Shown: one piece after another, positions 9,840 to 18,782 of the stretch
Position numbering within the stretch: the first letter of the stretch is position 1
Layout of the letters: every line of letters starts with the position of its first letter
Origin: a virus
Lineage: Duplodnaviria; Caudoviricetes
Reading direction: 5' to 3' (one strand)
DNA: 64,000 nucleotides
Virus record (IMG/VR): IMGVR_UViG_3300049009_000874
Span: 32,001-96,000 of that record
Made by a program: the position numbers and the translations under genes
The notes under the pieces: model-generated
The model's input: only the letters and a program-made list of their open reading frames with translations
Databases searched by the model: none
What the model was told of the DNA's origin: nothing

Positions 9840-10129
9840 TTGAGTCGTTTTTGATCTATCTGGTCGCGTGCCTTGGCGTCACCTACGCCTGGTCCGACAC
9901 CGATGTAGCGCGACCTTTCAGGAACCTGGTAGCCAGGATACCATATGTAAATGTCCCGATGCTCTGCCACGAGTGCAGCAGCTTCTGGTTCTCGTTGGGA
10001 ATCTCATTTCTGCTCAACCCGGTTGGCGAACTATGTGTTCCGTTTTCCGGGAATCTGATTTCCGCCTTTTGCGGCTTTTTCGCGAACCTGGTGTTCGTTC
10101 GAAACCGGTTGGTGGCATACAAGGAATAG
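9836..10129 (+). CDS. small membrane protein with CxxCxxxW motif (DUF1360-like)
   Basis: ATGA overlap; hydrophobic segments; CHECSSFW. Confidence 0.65.
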   Translation: MIESFLIYLVACLGVTYAWSDTDVARPFRNLVARIPYVNVPMLCHECSSFWFSLGISFLLNPVGELCVPFSGNLISAFCGFFANLVFVRNRLVAYKE

Positions 10130-10146
10130 GGATGACTTGAAATAGG

Positions 10147-10183
10147 GAAAAGGGCTGGCTTGATATTCAAGCCAGCCCTTTTC
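10147..10183. terminator. bidirectional intrinsic terminator
   Basis: Perfect 17-bp inverted repeat GAAAAGGGCTGGCTTGA-tat-TCAAGCCAGCCCTTTTC between convergent genes. Confidence 0.9.
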
Positions 10184-10187
10184 TCGT

Positions 10188-13100
10188 TTAGCAACCCTGA
10201 TCGTCATAGCCGTTGAAGAAGAACGTGTGGGTTGGAGGGTTTGGCGGCGAACCGGGATATGTGGCTGCCCTTGTGTGCGACAGCGTGCCCGAGCCGGCAT
10301 ATCCGCTGAGAGACACGGTTATAGAGGTTCCGACCGGAACATTTACGGCTCCAAACGAAATTGCGGACGACGAGTTGCTTATGGTGCCGCCCGGACCCCA
10401 GGATGTCGTGTAGCTCATCGATCTGGATCCCGGGGTAAGAGCGGAAGAGACGCAAGACGGGGAATTGTATGGATAAACGCAATCGCCGCCGCATCCGTAA
10501 GCCTGGAAGTAAATCTTGATCGTCAATGGCGGCAAGTTGCATGACCCTAAAATGCATTCTTCGCCCGGTTCGCAGTCGTTTCCGCATTCCCCGCAGTTTG
10601 CTTCGTCTGTCTGGAAGTACGAGCTGTCCCGGCAAGTCCCGGCGCAGCATGTTTGCCCCGCAGTGCAGGCGTTTCCGCATTCCCCGCAGTTTGCTTCGTC
10701 CGTCTCGAGGGAGCTGGTGGCGACGCATGAGCCGGCGCAACAAGTTTGTTCCGCGGTACAAGGTTGTCCGCAACCGCCGCAGTTTGCTTCGTCCGTCTGG
10801 AGGGAACTGGTGGCAATACATTCCCCGCAGCATGTTTCGCTTTCAGCGCAAACGATTCCGCAGTTCCCGCAGTTGGCTTCATCCGTCTCGAGGGAAATGG
10901 TGTCGATACATGACCCGGCGCAACATGTTTCCCCGGCGGCGCAAGGTTGTTCGCAACCGCCGCAGTCGGTTTCGGAGGTCTGGAAGTACGAGCTGTCCCG
11001 GCAAGTTCCGCCGCAACATTCCCCGCCAGCGCAAGGTTGTTCGCAGCCTCCGCAGTTGGCTTCGTCCGTATCGGTGTTCACGCACGACCCGCCGCAACAT
11101 GTTTCCCCGGCGTCACAAGCGATGCATAGCAGACCGCAGTTTGATTCGTCGGTATCCGTATCCTTGCAGTCTCCGCCACAGCAATGACCCGTAATGCATA
11201 CATTTCCGCAAGATCCGCAGTTACTATCGTCGTTCCCGTAGATGTCTTTGCATTCCCCTCCGCAACATTCCAAGTCTCCGGTGCATTTGTTCGGACATGA
11301 ACCGCAATGGTCCTTGTCGTTGTCGAGATTTTTGCAAGAGCCATCGCAGCATGTCTGTTCCGCGAGGCAAACATTCGGACATGTTCCGCAATGACCTTCA
11401 TCGTTCTTTGTGTCTACGCATGTATCGTTCGGAAAATCACCGCAACATGTAAGTCCGTCGGGGCATGAGCCGCCGCAAGGTGCGCATGTCGGGAAATGCT
11501 CGGATTCGTCTTCGTAAACAGATGGACAGCCACCATTGCAAAGCGTGCCCCCTGGGTGTTCATGATCGCAACAGGTATAGTTGCTTGGATTAGCCCCATA
11601 AGTTCCAAGAATGTCGTAGTTGCAACCTACTGCGTCGTGCCCCCATGGAGCCGTGCATTTATATTCCGAAGGGTTATCATAGTCAAGATACCTGCAACTT
11701 GCGCATGGTCCTTCTCCGGCGGAACAATATCCCACAGAAGGGCATGCATTTCCATGTGCCTCCGCAAAGGCTCCCGTGCATTCCGGGACATTGCAGGAGT
11801 CGTAGCATTCGCAACTGACGAGTTCCCATTGCAGGTTATTCACGTTCCCTATCGCCTTGTATTCGCAGCCTCCGAAGCATGTTTTTGCCGGCAGCGAGGG
11901 ATTTGGCGGCGGATCTGATGGAGGACATGCGTCATAGGTGCATGGTATGGTCGTTCGTTGACCCCAGAAGGTTGGCGCAGATCCCAACAAAAAAGCTTGT
12001 TGGGATTCTGTCGGAAGTTTGCATGTTCCGCACGGAACACACTCGCCATTCACGCATTTTGTCGTTGGAGGATCGCCCGACTCAGGGCATTCAGCACCAC
12101 TTTCCACTGCGTTGCATTTATTCCCGCAACCGCCGCAGTTGTCGTTGTCCGTATTTGGGTCTACGATAGTCGCGGTCGGTTTTGGTAGATCGCCATAAAT
12201 ATTTGGAGGACCCCACTTTGGGCAGCAAATATCAGTGCCAACAGTTCTAATCCCGCAACCGCCGCAGTTGTCGTTGTCCGTCAAAGTGTTAACGGGTTCC
12301 CCATCACAGCACTTTTGTTGCACTTGATCGGATGTATCCACAGCGTTCCCGCAACCGCCGCAGTTTTCGTCATCGGTGTTTGGGTCTACTTGAGTGGCTG
12401 TCGGTCTTGGTAGCTCGCCATAAATATCTAGTGGACCCCAATGTGGGCAGCAAATCTTAGGAGCTTCAACCCTAACGCCGCAGGCGCCGCAGTTGTCGTC
12501 GTCAGTCAAAGTGTTAACGGGTCCCCCATCACAGCACTTTTGTTGCACTTGATCGGATGTATCCACAGCGTTCCCGCAACCGCCGCAGTTTTCGTCATCG
12601 GTGTTTGGGTCTACTTGAGTGGCTGTCGGTCTTGGTAGCTCGCCATAAATATCTAGTGGACCCCAATGTGGGCAGCAAATCTTAGGAGCTTCAACCCTAA
12701 CGCCGCAGGCGCCGCAGTTGTCGTCGTCAGTCAAAAGGCTGACTGGTTCACCCTCACAGCATTTTTGTTGCACTTGATCGGATGTATCCACAACATTCCC
12801 GCAACCGCCGCAGTTCTTGTCATCGGTGTTTGGGTTTACTTGGGTTGCGGTTGGTGGTGGTGGATCGCCATATGCATCTGGAGGACCCACATGCGGGCAG
12901 CAAATCTTAGGCGCAAGAGCCCTAGTGCCGCAGGCACCGCAGTTGTCGTCGTCAGTCAAAAGGCTGACGATCTCACCATCACAGCATTTCTCTTTTACAT
13001 ATGGCGATGTGTCCGCGACATTCCCGCAACCGCCGCAGTTTTCGTCATCGGTATTCGTGTTGGTAATAAAGAAAGTTGATTCGTCTGGAGCGCCAGCAAT

Positions 13101-16100
13101 AACAACTGGTTTCGGACAGCAGGATGTCGGATCTGTTGGATTGTCTGGATCGGCTGTGTCTCCGCAACTCAAGCAATTTTCATTTGACCCTTTTGCCGTC
13201 GGAACCCCGTCGCAGCAAAGTTCTTCGGCTACTACTTCGCAATCGCCGCAATTTTCAAGATCACTAAGTACATCTATGCACGAGCCACCGCAGCATTTTG
13301 TTCCTTCTCCGCAAGCGTCGCCGCAATCGGAACAGTTGGTGTCTGTGCCGACGTCGGTGCATTCGTTTTCGCAACACATCTGTCCTTCCGTGCATGAGTT
13401 CGGACAGTCACCGCATGGATTGTCAATGCATGTTCCAGAACAGCATTTCTGTTCCGGATAGCACACTGGAGTTTGGCAAGACGTGCAACGTCCATTCCCG
13501 TCACAGTATTGATCCGCGGTGCAACATGCCTTGTTGTTCCCAGAGCCACAGCAAATCGTTCCGGCGTCGCAACACTCGCCGTTGCAGCAGGTCGTTCCGG
13601 GAACTGTACATTCGCATTCCACGCACCCGCCGCCTTCTCCGCAATAATCGGAATCCGCGCAGCACCCGTCATTGCAGCAAACCTTGCAGCATGTCGTTCC
13701 GCCTTCGCAGCATGTTTCGCCCTCGGCGCACGGAGAAGGGCATTCTGCGCAAACTCCATCTTTGCAAGCCTGTCCTTCAGCACAAGGGGCTGCATCACAA
13801 CTACCGCAATGGGCGGTGTCGGTCTGCATGTCAACGCATTGCGAATCACAACATGTCTTTCCGTTTGGGCAAGGATTTGGAACGCAAACGCTTCCGTCCC
13901 CGCTGCAACCGGCGGCGCAGTTCTCCGCCCCGATGTACTCTCCTATCTTCGCCTGGGTTTCAGCGTTGAACGATGCTTTTGGTATACAGTAGGTTGGCAT
14001 ATCTTGTCCTTCTATGTTATTTACACAAAAATATATATCTCCGACACACGCCAATTTATCGTCAACACATGACAATCTGTCGTCCGCGCAATACGTGTAG
14101 TCCGGTTCTTGTCCGCAAGTGCCATAAAAAGCAGAATACCCAGGCTCCTCGTGTAAAACCCAAGCACCTCCCACGGCATCAAAATAACAAGATCCATCAC
14201 AGCTTACTGTATTTCCAACGCATGAAGCCACGAAAGCGACATCGTTCGGTTCGGGTTGTGGAGGCATTCCCTGTTCGTATCCCTGACACTCACATTCTGG
14301 TTCCGCACAGTTTCCCAAGAAGCATTTCGGAACTGTAAATGTGTCGCCTGGAGGTTCTTGGCATGTCAATCCGCAGATCCCGCAGTTGTCGGGATCAGTT
14401 TTTAGGTTTCTGCAAACGCCATTGCAGCATTGCCACAGATTGATCTGGTTGATTCCTTGCGGACACTCTATTCCGCAGTCACCACAGTTGTACATGTCGT
14501 TGAGAGGGTTCTTGCAAACCCCACCGCAACATATAAATCCAGGAGCGCAAGCGTATCCGCAAGAGCCGCAGTTGCTCTCGTCAGACCATATGTCGATACA
14601 TGAATTGTTGCAGCAAGCGGTTCCAGCCGCAAGACATGGAGGGTTGCATGCCAAGCAAACTCCATTTACGCACGAGTGTCCTCCGACACATACGGTTCCG
14701 CAATTCCCGCAGTTGTTGTTGTCGGTGTTTCTGTTCACGCAATTGCCGTCGCAACAGGTGTTTCCGGCAGGACAGCAATTGCCGTTGCAGCATGTTTCGT
14801 TAATGCCACAAGGATGGTAGCAAGATCCACAATGGTTTACGGAAACATTTAAAGGTATGCATTCGTAATTGCAGCACTGAATGTTGAGGGCAGGATCGAA
14901 AGCGCATTGGAAGTTGCAACTTCCGCAATTAAATGTCGAGTCTTTTATGTTTTGGCATCCCCAGGCTGTTTCGTCATAACAACATGTTTCTCCTTCCGCA
15001 CAAACACTGCCGCAATATCGGCAATTGTTAGGATCGGTCCGTAAGTCTTTGCACTCGCCATCGCAGCATGTCTGTGGAGTCGTGCTTCCCGGACCGCTGC
15101 AAAATGTAACGCAATCTCCGCAAAAATCCGGGTCGTTGTAGATGTCCTTGCAAGTTGGTGTTCCATCGACGGTGCAGCAGCCGTCTTCTGTGCAGCATTC
15201 GCCGTTGCAGCAGAACCCCAGAGGAAATAGACACGGAATTCCGCAACCGCCGCAATTTGCGTTGTCGTCATTTGTGTTTTTGCACTCACCGCCACAGCAT
15301 TCTTGTCCTTCTCCGCATGCCGGGACGCAACTGGCGCATTCGTAGGTTACGACCTGACCATCGGTACCATCTGCCGTCGGCGCTTCTCCTGGACAGTTGC
15401 ATCCCTGTGGGCATGTCGCAGTCGCAGTCCATGATCCAGCCAACGCCCTTACTGTTCCGTTTTCATCCTCGTCTGTTGACAATGCGTGGAATGAGGGATA
15501 CATGCACACGCAGTTTTGAAAAGCAGTTTGTCCAGACAGGCAAACATCCGATGGCATTCCGGGAGCGACTTTTCCAGTACAACCAGCGGGGCAGTCATCG
15601 GGTGTAGTCCAGCTTCCAGTAAGAAAAACAGGATTCGAAGGGTCTTCTGGACAAGAAGGACTTGGCAACCAAGTCCAGTTAATTGTAACATTGCAATCTT
15701 CTGGAAGGCACTGACCACATGGTTCGAGAGCTTCAGGTGGAGACCATATTTTATATTCGGCACCAAGACATGTTGGGCGATCAGGAACTCCGATAGCTTC
15801 ATAATCAAAACAGCAAGTCGAATCTCCAGTTGAACAATTTTCTTCTGTTGGCACAAGACTAGTCAAGTAAAAACCCAACTGAGCATTTCCATTACTAGGA
15901 TCGTTAGCAAGGCAGGTGTAAGTTTTACAGCACCCAGTAGTAGTAGTACATGGCTCTGGACTCCATGTCAGGTAAAAAAAACCTGTAGATTCTGGGCTTC
16001 CATCGCAAGGTATATTTGGAGGGCTATCGACAGAGCAATCTGTAACTGACGGGTATTGCGATTGAAACACATACTCATTTTCAGTCGAACAGACATAACG

Positions 16101-16784
16101 GCTACAACATCCAGTAACGGTTTCTTCACCCCAAGTCCAAGAACAGTTGTTCAACGCGCAAGGGTCTTTGCAGACACCATTGTCGCATATTTTACCGGAC
16201 GCACATGGAACACCGCAACCACCGCAGTTCGATGTGTCGGAACCCATGACGTTCACGCAAGAACCGGAACAGCAGCTTTCCCCGGCAAGGCAAGTATTTC
16301 CGCAATAGCCGCAGTTCGCAACATCTGTCTGGAGTGATTCCGTGTCGATACAATCGCCGGTGCAGCATGTTTCCGAAGGTTCGCAAGCTATTGTGCAAGA
16401 ACTGCAATGGTCATGATCAGTTTGCAGATCCACGCAAACATTGTCACAGCATGTCTCTGATGGTTCGCATTGAACGCCACCACAGAGGCAGCAGGTGCCG
16501 GTGCATTCGACTTGAACGATACCTTCGCAGCACCCGATTAGGGTTTCATTCGATCCTTCGAAGTCAGGATCGCATGGAGGAGGATTTGTCGGCAATCCGG
16601 GCGGCGGAGAAGATGAGCATCCTTCCGGACAAGGAACAGTCAGAACCCACTGGACATTGTCAAGTGGTCCGCCACATTTTCTCGGGTCCCAAACTACAGC
16701 TTCATAAGAGGCAGAGTGTCCGCAACCTTTTTCGGCAAGTGCGAAAACTATATCCCAATTCTCCACCAGTTTTGGATCTATCAT
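10188..16784 (-). CDS. giant Cys-rich protein of STIG1-like repeats (2198 aa)
   Basis: Dozens of D-x2-NCG-x-CG-x2-C-x(4-5)-CC-x-G-x-C units; beta-rich non-repeat C-terminus. Confidence 0.85.
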   Translation of the reverse strand: MIDPKLVENWDIVFALAEKGCGHSASYEAVVWDPRKCGGPLDNVQWVLTVPCPEGCSSSPPPGLPTNPPPCDPDFEGSNETLIGCCEGIVQVECTGTCCLCGGVQCEPSETCCDNVCVDLQTDHDHCSSCTIACEPSETCCTGDCIDTESLQTDVANCGYCGNTCLAGESCCSGSCVNVMGSDTSNCGGCGVPCASGKICDNGVCKDPCALNNCSWTWGEETVTGCCSRYVCSTENEYVFQSQYPSVTDCSVDSPPNIPCDGSPESTGFFYLTWSPEPCTTTTGCCKTYTCLANDPSNGNAQLGFYLTSLVPTEENCSTGDSTCCFDYEAIGVPDRPTCLGAEYKIWSPPEALEPCGQCLPEDCNVTINWTWLPSPSCPEDPSNPVFLTGSWTTPDDCPAGCTGKVAPGMPSDVCLSGQTAFQNCVCMYPSFHALSTDEDENGTVRALAGSWTATATCPQGCNCPGEAPTADGTDGQVVTYECASCVPACGEGQECCGGECKNTNDDNANCGGCGIPCLFPLGFCCNGECCTEDGCCTVDGTPTCKDIYNDPDFCGDCVTFCSGPGSTTPQTCCDGECKDLRTDPNNCRYCGSVCAEGETCCYDETAWGCQNIKDSTFNCGSCNFQCAFDPALNIQCCNYECIPLNVSVNHCGSCYHPCGINETCCNGNCCPAGNTCCDGNCVNRNTDNNNCGNCGTVCVGGHSCVNGVCLACNPPCLAAGTACCNNSCIDIWSDESNCGSCGYACAPGFICCGGVCKNPLNDMYNCGDCGIECPQGINQINLWQCCNGVCRNLKTDPDNCGICGLTCQEPPGDTFTVPKCFLGNCAEPECECQGYEQGMPPQPEPNDVAFVASCVGNTVSCDGSCYFDAVGGAWVLHEEPGYSAFYGTCGQEPDYTYCADDRLSCVDDKLACVGDIYFCVNNIEGQDMPTYCIPKASFNAETQAKIGEYIGAENCAAGCSGDGSVCVPNPCPNGKTCCDSQCVDMQTDTAHCGSCDAAPCAEGQACKDGVCAECPSPCAEGETCCEGGTTCCKVCCNDGCCADSDYCGEGGGCVECECTVPGTTCCNGECCDAGTICCGSGNNKACCTADQYCDGNGRCTSCQTPVCYPEQKCCSGTCIDNPCGDCPNSCTEGQMCCENECTDVGTDTNCSDCGDACGEGTKCCGGSCIDVLSDLENCGDCEVVAEELCCDGVPTAKGSNENCLSCGDTADPDNPTDPTSCCPKPVVIAGAPDESTFFITNTNTDDENCGGCGNVADTSPYVKEKCCDGEIVSLLTDDDNCGACGTRALAPKICCPHVGPPDAYGDPPPPTATQVNPNTDDKNCGGCGNVVDTSDQVQQKCCEGEPVSLLTDDDNCGACGVRVEAPKICCPHWGPLDIYGELPRPTATQVDPNTDDENCGGCGNAVDTSDQVQQKCCDGGPVNTLTDDDNCGACGVRVEAPKICCPHWGPLDIYGELPRPTATQVDPNTDDENCGGCGNAVDTSDQVQQKCCDGEPVNTLTDNDNCGGCGIRTVGTDICCPKWGPPNIYGDLPKPTATIVDPNTDNDNCGGCGNKCNAVESGAECPESGDPPTTKCVNGECVPCGTCKLPTESQQAFLLGSAPTFWGQRTTIPCTYDACPPSDPPPNPSLPAKTCFGGCEYKAIGNVNNLQWELVSCECYDSCNVPECTGAFAEAHGNACPSVGYCSAGEGPCASCRYLDYDNPSEYKCTAPWGHDAVGCNYDILGTYGANPSNYTCCDHEHPGGTLCNGGCPSVYEDESEHFPTCAPCGGSCPDGLTCCGDFPNDTCVDTKNDEGHCGTCPNVCLAEQTCCDGSCKNLDNDKDHCGSCPNKCTGDLECCGGECKDIYGNDDSNCGSCGNVCITGHCCGGDCKDTDTDESNCGLLCIACDAGETCCGGSCVNTDTDEANCGGCEQPCAGGECCGGTCRDSSYFQTSETDCGGCEQPCAAGETCCAGSCIDTISLETDEANCGNCGIVCAESETCCGECIATSSLQTDEANCGGCGQPCTAEQTCCAGSCVATSSLETDEANCGECGNACTAGQTCCAGTCRDSSYFQTDEANCGECGNDCEPGEECILGSCNLPPLTIKIYFQAYGCGGDCVYPYNSPSCVSSALTPGSRSMSYTTSWGPGGTISNSSSAISFGAVNVPVGTSITVSLSGYAGSGTLSHTRAATYPGSPPNPPTHTFFFNGYDDQGC
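10576..11160. repeat. imperfect ~115-120-bp coding repeats (TDEANCGxC...TCCxGxC)
   Basis: Repeated ccgcagtttgcttcgtc and tggaagtacgagctgtcccggcaagt blocks. Confidence 0.8.
12121..13060. repeat. ~4 tandem copies of a 225-bp (75-aa) coding unit
   Basis: cc(a/c)tcacagc recurs at 12301, 12526, 12751 and 12976; the middle copies are nearly identical. Confidence 0.92.
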
Positions 16785-18064
16785 TTTGTTTCCACCTTTT
16801 CAGATGGAGTTATGTTCTGTACTTTTTGCGATGCCAATATTTGGTCTGGTATAACCTTGAATCTCAACTTGTGCGACTTGAAGATTTCAATCACTTCATC
16901 TTTTTTCCCTGGATCTATTTCCCTGTTCGAAACGATCTCTATGAAATCGTTTCCGCAATTCACCTGCCTTATCTCCGTCAGACCGGTTTCCATCAGCTTC
17001 TTCTTGTATTCGTTGATCGAATGCCCTTTTATGGCGAAGGGACGGTTCTCCAGGAACTTGAATTCCCTGTACAACCTTCCGCAAGAGCATCTCTGGTATT
17101 TATCGCCTATCTTGCACCTGTCTCCGTTCCAGAATTTGACGAAAGGACAAGCCAAGGAGAAGTAATCGGTCGACACGAGCCTTTCCTCGTTTTCGACACA
17201 CCAGGAGAGGTTATCCATCAAATGATAGTTCTTGTCCCTGCATGTAAAGAATGAGGAGCCACCATCCCAACATCTCATATGATCGCATATATGTGACACA
17301 TAGTTGTTGTCGAGAAGAAACTTAGAGTCTTCATCTAGAATTTTTTCATTACTATTACTTAACAAGTTGCACAGTTTCCCCTTATAGTTTTCCTTTTTGA
17401 TGTAAGAGCATATTTTTTTTATTTGCGGTCCGGGAGCGAATATCACATCCATTTTTTTTGCATTCAAATATTTGAGTAGATATTTTTGGAATACTTCTTC
17501 TTTTTCTTTTTGGAGTTTCGTGTTTGCGTAATGGACCATTGCGGTTCTTTTCGTTCCGTGGTGTTCCATGAAGTTCTTGCTTTTCGATGTGTTGCTTATG
17601 GGTCTTGGACCACTTCCGAACGAGGAGTTGAAAAAGTACATGATGTGTGGATTCTGTGGTATTTCGTATTCGTCTAGAATTAGGTCGTAGTGGTTTTCTC
17701 CTTCGATGAAATAAAGGAAAGGTTCCCATCGCAAGTACTCGAATCCCTCGCCGGTGGTGCTTCCGCTGCTTTTCATCGGCATGGATTCAGCTTCCAGGCA
17801 TTTCACGTACCACTTGCTTTTGTCTGCGAGATCCTTTTTCACAAAAAAAGGCAGGTCTTTCTTGTTCGCGTAAGCTTCGGAATGCCTCTCAGCCCAGGAC
17901 GATATGTTTCTTTTCAGTATGTCTATCGTCTCGGCGACGAGTTCCTCGTCGTGCAGGAGTAGGTCTTTGCATATTGGCTTGTAGTCGTAGGGAATTTGCG
18001 TGGAAGGATCGGCGAAGTTTTTCCACTTCTGGATGAACTGTTTTATTTCCTGTGTATTCCGCAT
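16781..18064 (-). CDS. CapK/PaaK (phenylacetate-CoA ligase)-like adenylate-forming enzyme
   Basis: P-loop-like SSGSTTGE; LVSTDYF..CPFVKFWNGD and RCSCGR...LENR resemble the PaaK/CapK C-terminal motifs. Confidence 0.75.
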   Translation of the reverse strand: MRNTQEIKQFIQKWKNFADPSTQIPYDYKPICKDLLLHDEELVAETIDILKRNISSWAERHSEAYANKKDLPFFVKKDLADKSKWYVKCLEAESMPMKSSGSTTGEGFEYLRWEPFLYFIEGENHYDLILDEYEIPQNPHIMYFFNSSFGSGPRPISNTSKSKNFMEHHGTKRTAMVHYANTKLQKEKEEVFQKYLLKYLNAKKMDVIFAPGPQIKKICSYIKKENYKGKLCNLLSNSNEKILDEDSKFLLDNNYVSHICDHMRCWDGGSSFFTCRDKNYHLMDNLSWCVENEERLVSTDYFSLACPFVKFWNGDRCKIGDKYQRCSCGRLYREFKFLENRPFAIKGHSINEYKKKLMETGLTEIRQVNCGNDFIEIVSNREIDPGKKDEVIEIFKSHKLRFKVIPDQILASQKVQNITPSEKVETK

Positions 18065-18735
18065 CCGTCCCTCAGAAAGAAATTAAGTGTTACCTTGTTG
18101 GTGTGACTCCATTTCACATCGGGAACCCATCTCGAGACTATGTCCCAGTCGTTGCACTTTTTAACGTAGCGCCAACCTCCGTGTTTTTCTATGAGGTATC
18201 TAGTGTGCATAATCTCAGAAGTATCTATATAACCAGCCTTTGGAATATCGTTGTGAATTCTCTCCCCGACAACTTTTTTGTTGGAATCGTAAAGTCTGGT
18301 TCCCGTGTAGCACATGTCGCTTTTCGTTTCGGTTATGGTTCTGTAGAGGGACTCTATGTGGTCCGGCTCATACCAGTTGTCGTCGTCCAGATAGGCTATG
18401 AGATCGTGCTTCGTGTTCATTATGGCGAAGTTCCTGGGAGCCCATCCTGCTCCGCTGTGGTTGACCGGGAGCGTGAAGAACTTGAACCTCTCGTCCTTGG
18501 AGCATATGTCCTCGAAATATTTCTGGGTGTATTTGCAGTTGTCGCATTCCAGGCATGTCCTTTCGAAATTGCTGAAAGTGCAGGCTTCGGAGCATCCGTC
18601 CTTGACGACGTAGCAGTCGAAGTTCTTGAATGTTTGTTTCAGAAGTGATTCCGTGCACCTTTCTAGCCACTCTGGGCTTGAGTGGTAGGTAGGCAGGCAT
18701 ATAAGAACTTTATCCAGACATCCATGTCTTGACAT
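18043..18735 (-). CDS. glycosyltransferase family 2
   Basis: ICLPTY, SLLKQTFKNFDCYVVKDG, PRNFAI, IAYLDDDNWY, CNDWD. Confidence 0.9.
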   Translation of the reverse strand: MSRHGCLDKVLICLPTYHSSPEWLERCTESLLKQTFKNFDCYVVKDGCSEACTFSNFERTCLECDNCKYTQKYFEDICSKDERFKFFTLPVNHSGAGWAPRNFAIMNTKHDLIAYLDDDNWYEPDHIESLYRTITETKSDMCYTGTRLYDSNKKVVGERIHNDIPKAGYIDTSEIMHTRYLIEKHGGWRYVKKCNDWDIVSRWVPDVKWSHTNKVTLNFFLRDGCGIHRK

Positions 18736-18782
18736 TTACCTCCTTGTGTAAAAATCTAACGAGAAACTATCTTTGTTTCTCG

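Noticed and set aside
12121-13060. Possible CRISPR array or DGR template/variable repeat
   Set aside because: Contiguous in-frame coding repeats without spacers; no cas or reverse transcriptase gene in the window
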